Virus record (IMG/VR): IMGVR_UViG_3300048503_000032
Span: 32,001-96,000 of that record
Strand: one strand, 5' to 3'
Length of the DNA stretch: 64,000 nt
Source: a virus
Taxonomy: Duplodnaviria; Caudoviricetes
A program made the position numbers and the translations under genes. Under the pieces are notes generated by a model, which had not been told where the DNA came from, made no database searches, and saw only the letters and a list, made by a program, of their open reading frames with translations. Of this stretch, positions 9,698 to 18,913 are shown piece by piece (within the stretch, counting starts at the first letter, position 1; each line of letters begins with the position of its first letter).

Positions 9698-11371
9698 ATG
9701 GCAGTCCGACCGGATAAATCTCTCGCACATGATCAGCTCCAGGCGCTCCAGGCTATGTTGAAAGCCTGGGGCGTTCCTGTCTTTGTGTCTGCGATGATTT
9801 GGATATTGCAGAAGCAGGATGACTCAAAGGTACAGTTGGAGCAGCCTACGCGCCTTGTGCCGTTCATGCTCAATCCTATTCAGAAGGACTTGTATGAGCA
9901 TCTGGCGCAGAACAATCTGTTGTTGAAGTCTAGACAGATGGGCGGCACGACATTCTTTGCTCTGGTGCGCGGGCTGTTGAATGTCATCACCAATGAGGGA
10001 ACCAACGCGATTCTGGTCAGTCAGAAGAGTGAGATGGCGGAGACTCACTTTCTCATGGTGCAGCGCGCGTATCGGATGTTCGGTGTGCGCGATCCGCACG
10101 ACGACGCAGCGAATGATGTGAATATCAGTTTCAGACAGAATCTGTTGCATACCAAGTTCGTCAACCGGCGAGAACTTTATTTCGATCAGCTTGAGTCGAG
10201 AATGTCTGTTGAGTCGGCTGAGGTGGAGGAAGGCGCACAGGGTATCACGCTGCACCACATCATCGGCTCGGAGTATGCGCGCTGGCCGAAAGATCCGGCA
10301 GCGACTTTGGCGAATATCCGCGGCGCTCTGGTACCGGGCGGCACGTTGGATCTGGAGTGTACAGCGAACGGGGCTGTCGGGTCGTTCTTTGACAAGTACA
10401 TGCTGGCGATGAATTCGCCGGAGTTGTCTGACGCCAAGGCCCACTTTTACGCGTGGTGGGAAAGTTCCGAGTATACTATCAGGCTCGATACCAAGCAGCA
10501 GGAAGAGTTGGCGGCGGATTTACAGGAAGATGAGCGGCGGCTCATAGATACATTTCACATCGACTTGCAGCAGGTTGCATGGCGCAGGGAAACCAAGAAG
10601 CAGTTCCCTGGAGTGGAGTTCGACGAGAAGTATCCTGAGTCGGCGATCACAGCGTTCGTCGTTTCAGGTAAGAGCTACTTCGACAGGGACATCCTTGTGG
10701 CGCGCCGGATGGAGTTGCAGACGTTCAAGCCGTTCAAGTCTTACCACGCGGGCGAGGCGAAGTTCTTCTTCCAGCGAATACCTGGACGCAGATATGTGAT
10801 CGGAGCGGATACGGCTGGCGGCAAAGCGATCAGTAACAGCGATACGGATAACTGTGCGGCGGTGGTGTTGGATCTGTCGAATGGAGAAGAGGTGGCGGCG
10901 TACTGCGCGAAGGTCACGCCTGAGGACTTCGCACTTGACTTGGCCGATATCGGTCGCTACTACAACGACTGTCCGATCATGGTCGAGAGAAATATGGACG
11001 GCGGAACCACGATCTTGGTGCTGGCTGGCGACTGTAAGTACGGCGCTGTGATGAAGAGTAAGGAATGGATCAAGCGCGAGAAGAAGACGGTGGAGTTCGA
11101 TGGCTTCCAGACCAATACGCGCACTCGTCCGATCGCGCTGAATATGCTGAATCGCTTTGTGAAGGAATCGCCTGAGTTGATCTGGGATCAGTCGTTCATC
11201 GACGAGGCTCTGGTGTTCGTTCGCAGTAAGACGGGCAAGCCTGAAGCGACGCCTGGAGCCCACGATGACAGAGTCATGGCGCGCGCCATCGCTCATGCGG
11301 CTCGGGCGATGCTGCTCAATTACTACCCCACCGATGGGTCTGTGCAGTACGTCGGCAGCGACCGCATGTAA
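9698..11371 (+). CDS. terL: terminase large subunit
   Basis: LNPIQ, Walker A KSRQMGGTT, ECTANG motif, nuclease motifs IGADTAGG, VERN and HDDRVMA. Confidence 0.93.
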   Translation: MAVRPDKSLAHDQLQALQAMLKAWGVPVFVSAMIWILQKQDDSKVQLEQPTRLVPFMLNPIQKDLYEHLAQNNLLLKSRQMGGTTFFALVRGLLNVITNEGTNAILVSQKSEMAETHFLMVQRAYRMFGVRDPHDDAANDVNISFRQNLLHTKFVNRRELYFDQLESRMSVESAEVEEGAQGITLHHIIGSEYARWPKDPAATLANIRGALVPGGTLDLECTANGAVGSFFDKYMLAMNSPELSDAKAHFYAWWESSEYTIRLDTKQQEELAADLQEDERRLIDTFHIDLQQVAWRRETKKQFPGVEFDEKYPESAITAFVVSGKSYFDRDILVARRMELQTFKPFKSYHAGEAKFFFQRIPGRRYVIGADTAGGKAISNSDTDNCAAVVLDLSNGEEVAAYCAKVTPEDFALDLADIGRYYNDCPIMVERNMDGGTTILVLAGDCKYGAVMKSKEWIKREKKTVEFDGFQTNTRTRPIALNMLNRFVKESPELIWDQSFIDEALVFVRSKTGKPEATPGAHDDRVMARAIAHAARAMLLNYYPTDGSVQYVGSDRM

Positions 11372-11401
11372 AAGACGTCAAAAACCCTTGATATATGGCC
11401 T

Positions 11402-11459
11402 AAAATAAAGACTTGACACGTTTCCTATATGGTGTATCATAGGGTTGTGGTCAAGGAGA
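11402..11459 (+). promoter_or_regulatory. sigma70-like (early) promoter, copy 1
   Basis: AAAATAAAGAC-TTGACA-N16-TATCAT followed by GTGGTCAAGGAGA; near-identical copies at ~24831 and ~59690. Confidence 0.75.
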
Positions 11460-11465
11460 ACGGCA

Positions 11466-11704
11466 TGGCAATCAAATATCTGGTCAAGGGTCAGGATCTC
11501 GATAGCGGTCTGGTATCGGATCTCGAAGAGACGATGTTCTGGTTGTTCGTCGATGGGGACGCGAAAGCGGGAGCCATCGATGCGCGTCTTACCAAGGCGA
11601 TCAAGGCTGCGGAGTGGCCTGAGAGCTACAAGGAAGAGTTCGAGCTTGCTTATGCTGTGATCGCAGCCAACGAGCATCTGGTAGAGATCGGGGCGGTGGC
11701 GTGA
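11466..11704 (+). CDS. hypothetical protein (early island)
   Basis: AAGGAG RBS before ATG MAIKYL; start coordinate approximate. Confidence 0.6.
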
Positions 11705-11869
11705 TGAAACGATATTGGTCTGTGGAACTGACGAACGCCGATCGACAGTACAAAACTGTCGAAGTGAGGGATGCGGATTTATGCCTCAAGGACGCTGTTC
11801 GTAAGGCGGTCACGGACAATCCAGGTTGGTCGTACATTAATGTGTTTCTGTCGAAGGGAGTATAACGAC

Positions 11870-12280
11870 GTGTGGATTTTCACTAAATATGGTTTCTACT
11901 CAATCGCAGCAGCGGATGCTCGAGTCGGCGGCTCTGGCGATGATCTCATGGTGCGCGCTCGGATGCGGGAGCATCTCGAGGCCATCCAGAATCGCTTCCC
12001 TACGCTGATAGGCAAGCTGAAGGTGATCGAGATCAGTGAGGCGGACTACGGCTATCGCCTGGTGGTCGGGCGCAAGGTGTGGGCAGAGGTGGTCAGTGAG
12101 TTGACGCTTGAGCAGACGTGGAGCAATTTCAAGAATCAGGTCGCGATGAATCCTGACAATATTCGCTCGGGCTACGAAGGTGCGTTGCATCGGATCTGGA
12201 CAATCATGTACGGTCTGCAACCTCAGCCCGCGCTTCACACGCCGGTGGGATGCTCCGTTGCCTACGTTGCGGTTGAGTAA
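11870..12280 (+). CDS. conserved phage hypothetical protein (MWIFTKYGFYSI-type)
   Basis: GGGAG RBS before GTG; motifs VRAR, ADYGYR and NFK are typical of a widespread phage family of unknown function. Confidence 0.65.
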   Translation: MWIFTKYGFYSIAAADARVGGSGDDLMVRARMREHLEAIQNRFPTLIGKLKVIEISEADYGYRLVVGRKVWAEVVSELTLEQTWSNFKNQVAMNPDNIRSGYEGALHRIWTIMYGLQPQPALHTPVGCSVAYVAVE

Positions 12281-12576
12281 GAAGGAACGCAAGCGCCGGC
12301 GCAAGGAGATGCAGGAATATCTCGATAGCATGACGGATGTGGATTGGAATGCAATCGATTGGTCAGGAGAGATTCAGTGATGGCAGATATTTCAGCTTTG
12401 GCAGTTCAGTTCTACGACGTGTTCGGTGTCAAGTTGGCGAAGTACTGGCTTGGGCCGTATCGTCTGGACATCACCAAGTTCGACGATGAGGTTATCAAGT
12501 CGGGCGACCGTTCGATGAAGGACGTGATCCGCGAGAAGTATGGTCAGGGTGCGGTGGAGTTGATTGAGGCGCTCCT

Positions 12577-12912
12577 ATGAGTGTCTATACGGTCGAGAAG
12601 TATATTTTGTATGGCAAGCAGTTGCGATGGCGTGTATTGCGTGACGGACAACCGCTCAGTCGCGACATTGACTGGTGCGCTAATTCTTTGCCGACAAAGC
12701 AGTCTGCGCAGGAGAAGGCAGCGAAGATGGCAGCATGGGATGAGTGGCAGGTTTTGATGTATGCTGACGATGCTTCGGGCAAGTATCACTGGACTGAAGG
12801 GGAGCTGAAACAGATAGCGGAGTATGCGGTAGCTTTGCGCGTGAATCCTTTGCGTTGGACTTTTAAAACGGGCAGTTTCCACTTCGTAAAATTGCACGGA
12901 TTCAGCATTTGA
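12577..12912 (+). CDS. hypothetical protein
   Basis: ATGA overlap with the upstream small ORF. Confidence 0.55.
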   Translation: MSVYTVEKYILYGKQLRWRVLRDGQPLSRDIDWCANSLPTKQSAQEKAAKMAAWDEWQVLMYADDASGKYHWTEGELKQIAEYAVALRVNPLRWTFKTGSFHFVKLHGFSI

Positions 12913-13051
12913 AGGATGCGGAGAAGTTGCTGAAGGATGATGGGTGTTGGACTGATGCTCGCTCGGTTCGAGCAGAGACACGACGTGTTATGGCTGCGCG
13001 CGTTAAGGCTTTCCGTGATGCCGGACTGAGATTGAAGCGTAAGGAGTCGTT

Positions 13052-13399
13052 ATGAAGAGGATGAAGGTACAGGAGCTGTCGAGTGTCGGGCTGGAGCGTG
13101 TTCGCCTTGAGCGCAAGACTACACTTGTTCAGCGTTACTTAGAGGAGAAGGTGTTCTACGGTGGCGTGATCTGGCAGCGCGGTTTCATTCTTACTCGATT
13201 GCAGAAGGATGGCCAGCCCGACATAATTCTGGCGTGCATCGACGACTTCCATGCGCGGGAGAAAGCGGCAGGGCGTGATCCTTTGGCTCAGGCTATCTTC
13301 GATGCTACTGTTTTACCGCTGCGGGATCGTGTAGTTCTGTACGATGCGATGGGCGCTGGCGATACAAAAACGATGGACAGGTTGATGAGGAGCGTATGA
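13052..13399 (+). CDS. hypothetical protein
   Basis: AAGGAG RBS. Confidence 0.6.
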   Translation: MKRMKVQELSSVGLERVRLERKTTLVQRYLEEKVFYGGVIWQRGFILTRLQKDGQPDIILACIDDFHAREKAAGRDPLAQAIFDATVLPLRDRVVLYDAMGAGDTKTMDRLMRSV

Positions 13400-13612
13400 A
13401 GAATCCGCCCGCGGTGTTGTCTGTGCAAGGATATCGGATCGATTCCACAGCTGGGATCGGATGGTAAGAAGATAGGTCTGATGCCTTGTCCAGCTTGCCA
13501 GCGCGCAGGCTCAATGAAGCGGCCGGTTGTCAGGGACGGCAAAGTAGCGGCAGCAGGAGATTCTTAGACGTAGCACGTTTCATCTATAGTGTGAGAGTGA
13601 GGAGCGATCCAT

Positions 13613-13981
13613 ATGGCAGCGAAGAAAGAAAAACTAGAACCTTTAGGCGAGTCGGCTCTGAAGCGTGAGATTGAGGCTTTGCAGGATCTCAACGAGCAGT
13701 ATAAGGCGCTGGATAAGAAGTACGACGCATCGGCAGCCAAGGTGTTAGCGACGTTGAAGGCGAAGGATGTTCGGCGCTACGGCCAGCTTCAGTGTGTCAT
13801 CGTGCAGCAGTTGCGTCGCACGGTTGATTGGAAGGGCGAGGCATCCAGCATGGCGCGTCGGCTTTATCCTACGGCTGCGGAGCTTCGCCAGTATTTGATT
13901 CGGCTGGCGCGGCGGTATCCTCGCAAGGCCATCAAGCCGTCCATCAGGTTGACTATGCTCAAGACGGAGGAGGAGCTATGA
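13613..13981 (+). CDS. hypothetical basic protein
   Basis: GAGGAG RBS; preceded by a GACG-N13-CTATAGT motif. Confidence 0.65.
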   Translation: MAAKKEKLEPLGESALKREIEALQDLNEQYKALDKKYDASAAKVLATLKAKDVRRYGQLQCVIVQQLRRTVDWKGEASSMARRLYPTAAELRQYLIRLARRYPRKAIKPSIRLTMLKTEEEL

Positions 13982-14358
13982 AAGAGGTGATCTTCGTTGA
14001 CGGCAGAAGGATCTTAGTGGATGCGGACACGATGATGTGCCCGGCTGGGGAGGTTCTGCTGTTGAAGCGGAACCCTGAATCGGACGGCACTAAAAACTCC
14101 CCGCCACTCAACGATGTAGTCAGGTCATACCCGGCGATGGAAGTGAAGGATGTACGCGACGTGAAGGTCACGCCGGTAAAAGAGATGGCGATCAAGCTGT
14201 TGACGGCCTGCTCTAAGACGGAACCTCACGGATCCCGCAAGCTGGCCCAGATCGCCGGCCTCGAGTACTCAGACATCATCGTGCCGATCCTGAAGAAGCT
14301 GAGGGAGGCTGGCAAGGTCATCTTTGCAAGCGGAAGCGGAAAGTGGACGAGGGCATAA
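13978..14358 (+). CDS. putative winged-helix DNA-binding protein
   Basis: GGAGG RBS with ATGA overlap (MKEVIF); C-terminal SRKLAQIAGL...LKKLREAGKV...GKW resembles a wHTH. Confidence 0.55.
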   Translation: MKEVIFVDGRRILVDADTMMCPAGEVLLLKRNPESDGTKNSPPLNDVVRSYPAMEVKDVRDVKVTPVKEMAIKLLTACSKTEPHGSRKLAQIAGLEYSDIIVPILKKLREAGKVIFASGSGKWTRA

Positions 14359-14585
14359 TGGCGAAGCTCTATGTCATGTCGAGGATAGGTAGATCTCCTG
14401 CTCTTAATGTGTAGCGATGAAAGGCCTGGGGCGGAGCAAGTTCACTGTGTTTGAGTGGACTGTCAGAGTAGCGGCCAAGAAGAAGGCGATCCACATATGC
14501 GGCGAGGGATGTCTCTCGACGTTCATTAGTAGGGAGTTGAATAACCGGACAGCAGTAGAGCCTGCGAAGGCAGAGGAGCAGTAAC

Positions 14586-15545
14586 ATGGCTGGAATGAAG
14601 GCGAAGTCTATTAAGTCGGTGATCGTGCGCAAGATGACGGCCTGGCTGGAGTCCATCGAGGACGAGGCTCTGCGCAAGCAGGTAGCCGCCTCGATTGTGG
14701 TGACGGGGGGTTGCATCGCGTCTATGCTACAGGGCGAACCTGTGAATGACTTTGATGTCTACTTGCGTGACTATGAGACTGCGGTCAAGGTGGCTGAGTA
14801 CTACGTCGGCAAATTCGAGCCGCGTAAGGCCAGCGGTATCAAGGTTCCGCTGTTCGTGGACGCGGATGCCAGCGCCAAGCGCGTCAAGATCGTAGCGAAG
14901 TCGGCTGGGATTGCCAGCGAAGAGGGAACCTCGAAGCCATATCAATACTTTCGAGTCACATCCTGAGCAAGTCGGAGAAGAGTATGTCGCCGACGTGATG
15001 GATCGCCCCGATCAAATCATGGATGCACATGAAGAGACGGAGCAACTCGCCATTGCAGACGCATCGGATGGCAAGCCAAAGTACCGCCCCGTCTTCCTCA
15101 CGAGCAACGCCATTACGCTGAGCGACAAGATACAGATCGTACTCCGCTTTCAGGGTGAGCCGGACGACATTCACGCGAACTACGACTTCGTTCACTGCAC
15201 GTCGTACTGGACAAGTTGGGATGAGAAGCTTGTGTTGAAGCCGGAGGCGATGGAGTCGATTCTGTGCGAAGGAGCTGCGCTATGTTGGGAGCAAATATCC
15301 CATCTGTTCAGTCGTCAGATTGCGCAAGTTCATCGCGCGAGGATGGCGGATAAACGCCGGTCAAATCTTGAAGATGGCGATGCAGATTTCGGCGCTAGAC
15401 CTTACCGACTTGGCGGTACTTGAAGATCAGCTCACCGGAGTCGACACCGCATACTTTCTGCAACTGATCGAGAAGCTGAAGGAGAAAGATCCGGACGAAG
15501 GTGAACGCGGCATACCTGGTGGAGATCATCGACCGGATGTTCTGA
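14586..15545 (+). pseudogene. phage nucleotidyltransferase-like gene interrupted by three +1 frameshifts
   Basis: GGCIASML...NDFDVY (GG-x-DxD NTase motif) and YDFVHC; a coherent protein is read only by shifting frame near 14950, 15265 and 15495. Confidence 0.7.
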
Positions 15546-15581
15546 CGCAGAGTAGTTTCTCTATCATGGGAGTGAGGCATT

Positions 15582-15803
15582 ATGTTGAAGACGGCAGCAG
15601 CGAAGATTTTGTTGGAGCGGGACAGGCTGACGGCCCGGTATCGTGAGCTACAGGCGGAGATGAAGTCTGTACGCGAGCAGCTGGCGCAGCTGACGCCGGT
15701 CGGAGGATATCGGCCTCAGGCCATATTGCGGATGTGCAAGTGCGGTGCCGGCCCGTTCAGCGCTCGGGAGCTTCGTTTGCACAGATGTGGAGGCGAGTCG
15801 TGA
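15582..15803 (+). CDS. hypothetical protein with C-terminal Zn-finger-like motif
   Basis: GAGG RBS; coiled coil then CKCG...HRC. Confidence 0.55.
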   Translation: MLKTAAAKILLERDRLTARYRELQAEMKSVREQLAQLTPVGGYRPQAILRMCKCGAGPFSARELRLHRCGGES

Positions 15804-16100
15804 GTGCAAGGAAGCCATCGTCGGAACATGTAGACGACCCCGTCTTACCGAGGAACTTCGGGGTTATCGACTTTAGCAAGCGTAGGCCGTCGGTGTTCGA
15901 TGGAATGCCACAGCTCACAGAAGAGGATTTAATCGGGTTCTCTCAGAATGCCATCGACGAACTTACGAAGGAAGTGAGAGGCAAGTGATGGCATACGATC
16001 AACGGTGCGCGGATCTGGCGCGTGTGTTTCTTATGGATCATGAGACTGGGCCACAGCCTACACCGGCCGCGGTCGAAGCTTTGGCTGAGCATATCCAGAT

Positions 16101-16862
16101 GTGCATCGAGGAATGGATCGAGACGGAGATCAAGCAGTGAATATTGGAATCCCATCAGATGCAGAGATGTGGGAAGTGGTTGCAGCGATCCAGGTCTGTC
16201 AGTCGCAGGGGATCTTGACGATTGAGAATGACGCGATTGGTGACGCAGCCGAGTTGTATCAGATGGCTGGTCTGTTGAGTGCCAAGCCGCGAAATAGGAT
16301 TGATCTGGACTTCAGCAAGGCATACCGTGCTATCGCTACGGCCAAGGAGACTTATCAGGCGGTGTTGGCTCGGGCGAGTGGGCTGGAGCCCAAGCCAATC
16401 GGCTCCCCGAAGTTCAAAGGGTTCACTCCATCGATGAATGGAGGCATCGTTGTCTGCTCACACGAGGTCACAGGGGAGTTCAAACTGCCCTGGCAGGTGT
16501 GGAGGGTCATCGTGCGTCATCTACGCTCCTACGGGCAGACGGTGCGTTTCCTGGGGCGCTCAGGAGAGCGTATGGACTATGCCACGTTCACCGAGGGGCA
16601 GATTCTGTCGAATCTCAGTTTACAGGAGCGGATGCAGGCGCTGGCATCGGCTGGCTTGGTTGTAGGCGTTCCGAATGAATGGACTTGGATATCGACTGCG
16701 TGGAAGAAGGTTCTGGTTATGCACCCCGACGACGTTCCACAGGAGCGTTGGTTCGGGTTTGACGTAGTTCCGCAGACTCTTGGCAGGTTGCTTTATACGC
16801 GGAGTCAGCTTCAGGTTCCGGTGATCTTGGCTGGTCTGCGCAAGTTGATATCGGTGATGTGA
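16101..16862 (+). CDS. divergent GT9-like protein
   Basis: W..IVRHL...VRFLG...LSLQERMQALASAGLVVGVPN parallels the GT9 C-terminal domain; true start may be the GTG near 16137. Confidence 0.5.
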   Translation: MHRGMDRDGDQAVNIGIPSDAEMWEVVAAIQVCQSQGILTIENDAIGDAAELYQMAGLLSAKPRNRIDLDFSKAYRAIATAKETYQAVLARASGLEPKPIGSPKFKGFTPSMNGGIVVCSHEVTGEFKLPWQVWRVIVRHLRSYGQTVRFLGRSGERMDYATFTEGQILSNLSLQERMQALASAGLVVGVPNEWTWISTAWKKVLVMHPDDVPQERWFGFDVVPQTLGRLLYTRSQLQVPVILAGLRKLISVM

Positions 16863-16945
16863 TGGAACGTCAATATAGCCCCCTGAGTGGAGGCGAGAAA
16901 TGGATAGCGGTGAGGTTTGAGAACCTGCTGCTCACGTCTGTGGGC

Positions 16946-17468
16946 GGCGAGAAAAGAGGAATAGTGATGGAAGAAGAGACGAACTTTTATGATGAGGCAC
17001 GCAGACTTGGAATCGACACGCAATCTGATCCTAACGAATATTGGAAGCCTGAGACTGTTCGCGTTTTTATGGTGGGCGATAGTGGACCTTATGTGGACGC
17101 CCTGGACTATCTATGGTTGCTGGATCGTTCTAAGCAGTAACCCCCGAGCGGGCGAGAGGAGTGAAATGATCGACTTATATGGGACAGATGACTCATTCGA
17201 TGAGCTGGACAGACCGCCATCAAAGTTCGGTACAGAGCAAAGTGAATCAAAGGCCAGTGTGCCGTGCCAGAGTGGCGAGAAAAGAGGAATAGTGATGGCC
17301 GAAGAGACGAACTTTTATGATGAGGCACGCAGACTTGGAATCGACACGCAATCTGATCCTAACGAATATTGGAAGCCTGAGACTGTTCGCGTTTTTATGG
17401 TGGGCGATAGTGGACCTTATGTGGACGCCCTGGACTATCTATGGTTGCTGGATCGTTCTAAGCAGTAG
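16946..17468 (+). repeat. ~195-bp direct duplication carrying a 57-aa gene (16946-17140 and 17274-17468)
   Basis: Near-identical copies encoding M(E/A)EETNFYDEARRLG...LLDRSKQ. Confidence 0.95.
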
Positions 17469-17492
17469 CCTCCAGTGGGCGAGAGGAGCGAA

Positions 17493-17777
17493 ATGATGGC
17501 AGACGAGAAGTTTTCTACAAGTCCAGGTCTGGACTTCCACGAGTGGTATATGGAGAACTACGACCGGCTGCACGAGTCATGCATGCAACAGACCGATGAG
17601 CCTCCATTCAAAGACGTGTACCTGTTTGCGCAAGCAGCATGGAACGCAGCGAAGAAGGCGGAAGAGTCGCAGACGCATAGTTTTGCGCCATCCGATTGGG
17701 GAGCGACCGGAGAACATTGCCGCGTATGCTCTGAGCCATGTAATGCACCAATCCACCAGAAAGGAGTCAAATCGTGA
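17493..17777 (+). CDS. hypothetical protein
   Basis: GAGGAG RBS; C-terminal H..CxxC..H. Confidence 0.55.
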   Translation: MMADEKFSTSPGLDFHEWYMENYDRLHESCMQQTDEPPFKDVYLFAQAAWNAAKKAEESQTHSFAPSDWGATGEHCRVCSEPCNAPIHQKGVKS

Positions 17778-18016
17778 AGAACGAATGGACTGCGGACGAA
17801 TTGCTGCGAGCGAATGAACAGGTACTCGCCGCAACCGAAACGAAGCTCGCTAAATTGAAGAGGCGGCATACGGACGCGGTATACGAAGCAACTGAGGATG
17901 TTGCCATCGAGCTTGCCTGCCAGCGGAATCGCGCTCTCTGGGCATTGAATGATGTACACGACTTTCTCAAGTCACACGGGTACGACACGACGCTGATTGA
18001 CTTGGCCATAAAATGA
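17774..18016 (+). CDS. hypothetical protein
   Basis: AAGGAG RBS, GTGA overlap. Confidence 0.55.
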   Translation: MKNEWTADELLRANEQVLAATETKLAKLKRRHTDAVYEATEDVAIELACQRNRALWALNDVHDFLKSHGYDTTLIDLAIK

Positions 18017-18352
18017 TTCCGACCGCACCACAACCTGCAAGCATAAATAATATGCCCCGTGAATTTGCGCCCGGAGACTGCCCTATGTGCTTTCCTAATG
18101 TTTGTGTGGGCGGCGCACATTACATGGCTTTATATGAAGATGGCATAACAACACAAGCACAATATATTGCAATTAATAGAAAAGGAGAACCAAATGAATC
18201 TTGGCCCTCGTTGTAATTTTATGCTCCCGAATCATTGTCAATGTCCGAATACTGCATTGGTAGATTCGGATATGTGCGAATTACATAAGGAATTTCAAAC
18301 AGAACAAGCTGTTGCGGTAGAACAAGCGAAAATTGAAAAACTGGAGAAGTAA

Positions 18353-18679
18353 ATGCCATACGAGAATATCAACGGACTAATCGAGTTATCCTCAGAATCC
18401 CGCTATAAGATCGCCGTAGTAGGAGTTCCGAAAGCGGGTAAAAGCTGGTTTGCATACACCGCGCCTGAAAGGGCGGAGGATGAAGTTCCTTCTGTAATTT
18501 ACAAAGATCATGAAATTAAGATTGTGCCAGTTGCTACACCAGGTTCACGAAGGGTATTTGCAGCATATAAGAATGGTAAGCGAGTAACAAACTGTTTTGC
18601 GACTGTGAAGGAAGTAAAGACAGCTCTCAGCTCGCAAGCCACCGACGCCACCATTCCAAGACGCGGCGCACGGGGTTGA
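18353..18679 (+). CDS. truncated P-loop ATPase fragment fused to unrelated sequence
   Basis: KIAVVGVPKAGKSWFAYTAP Walker A, with no Walker B following; AT-rich segment. Confidence 0.5.
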   Translation: MPYENINGLIELSSESRYKIAVVGVPKAGKSWFAYTAPERAEDEVPSVIYKDHEIKIVPVATPGSRRVFAAYKNGKRVTNCFATVKEVKTALSSQATDATIPRRGARG

Positions 18680-18869
18680 CTTCGGGCAGGTCTACGTTCC
18701 CGCTCCGTGCATCGCTTACGATATGGGCTGCATGGCATGGGACAAAACGAAGGAAGTCCAATCGCGTCTCGCCGACCGCTATCAGTTTCGTGGGCAGTGG
18801 CTGTTTATCAACGTACCGAGTAAGCCGTGATGATCTGCTGGGCCGGCGGCATGAGCGGCGGTGTGAGGG

Positions 18870-18907
18870 TAGTTTGCTGTTGCTGAAGATGATCGATGGG
18901 GTACTAT
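18870..18907 (+). promoter_or_regulatory. late-type promoter motif, copy 2 (portal)
   Basis: TAGTTTGCTGTT-N20-TACTAT-N6-ATG(18914). Confidence 0.65.
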
Positions 18908-18913
18908 CGATCC

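Noticed and set aside
16946-17468. DGR template/variable repeat pair
   Set aside because: Copies differ at only about 3 positions near the ends; no internal adenine mutagenesis and no reverse transcriptase seen
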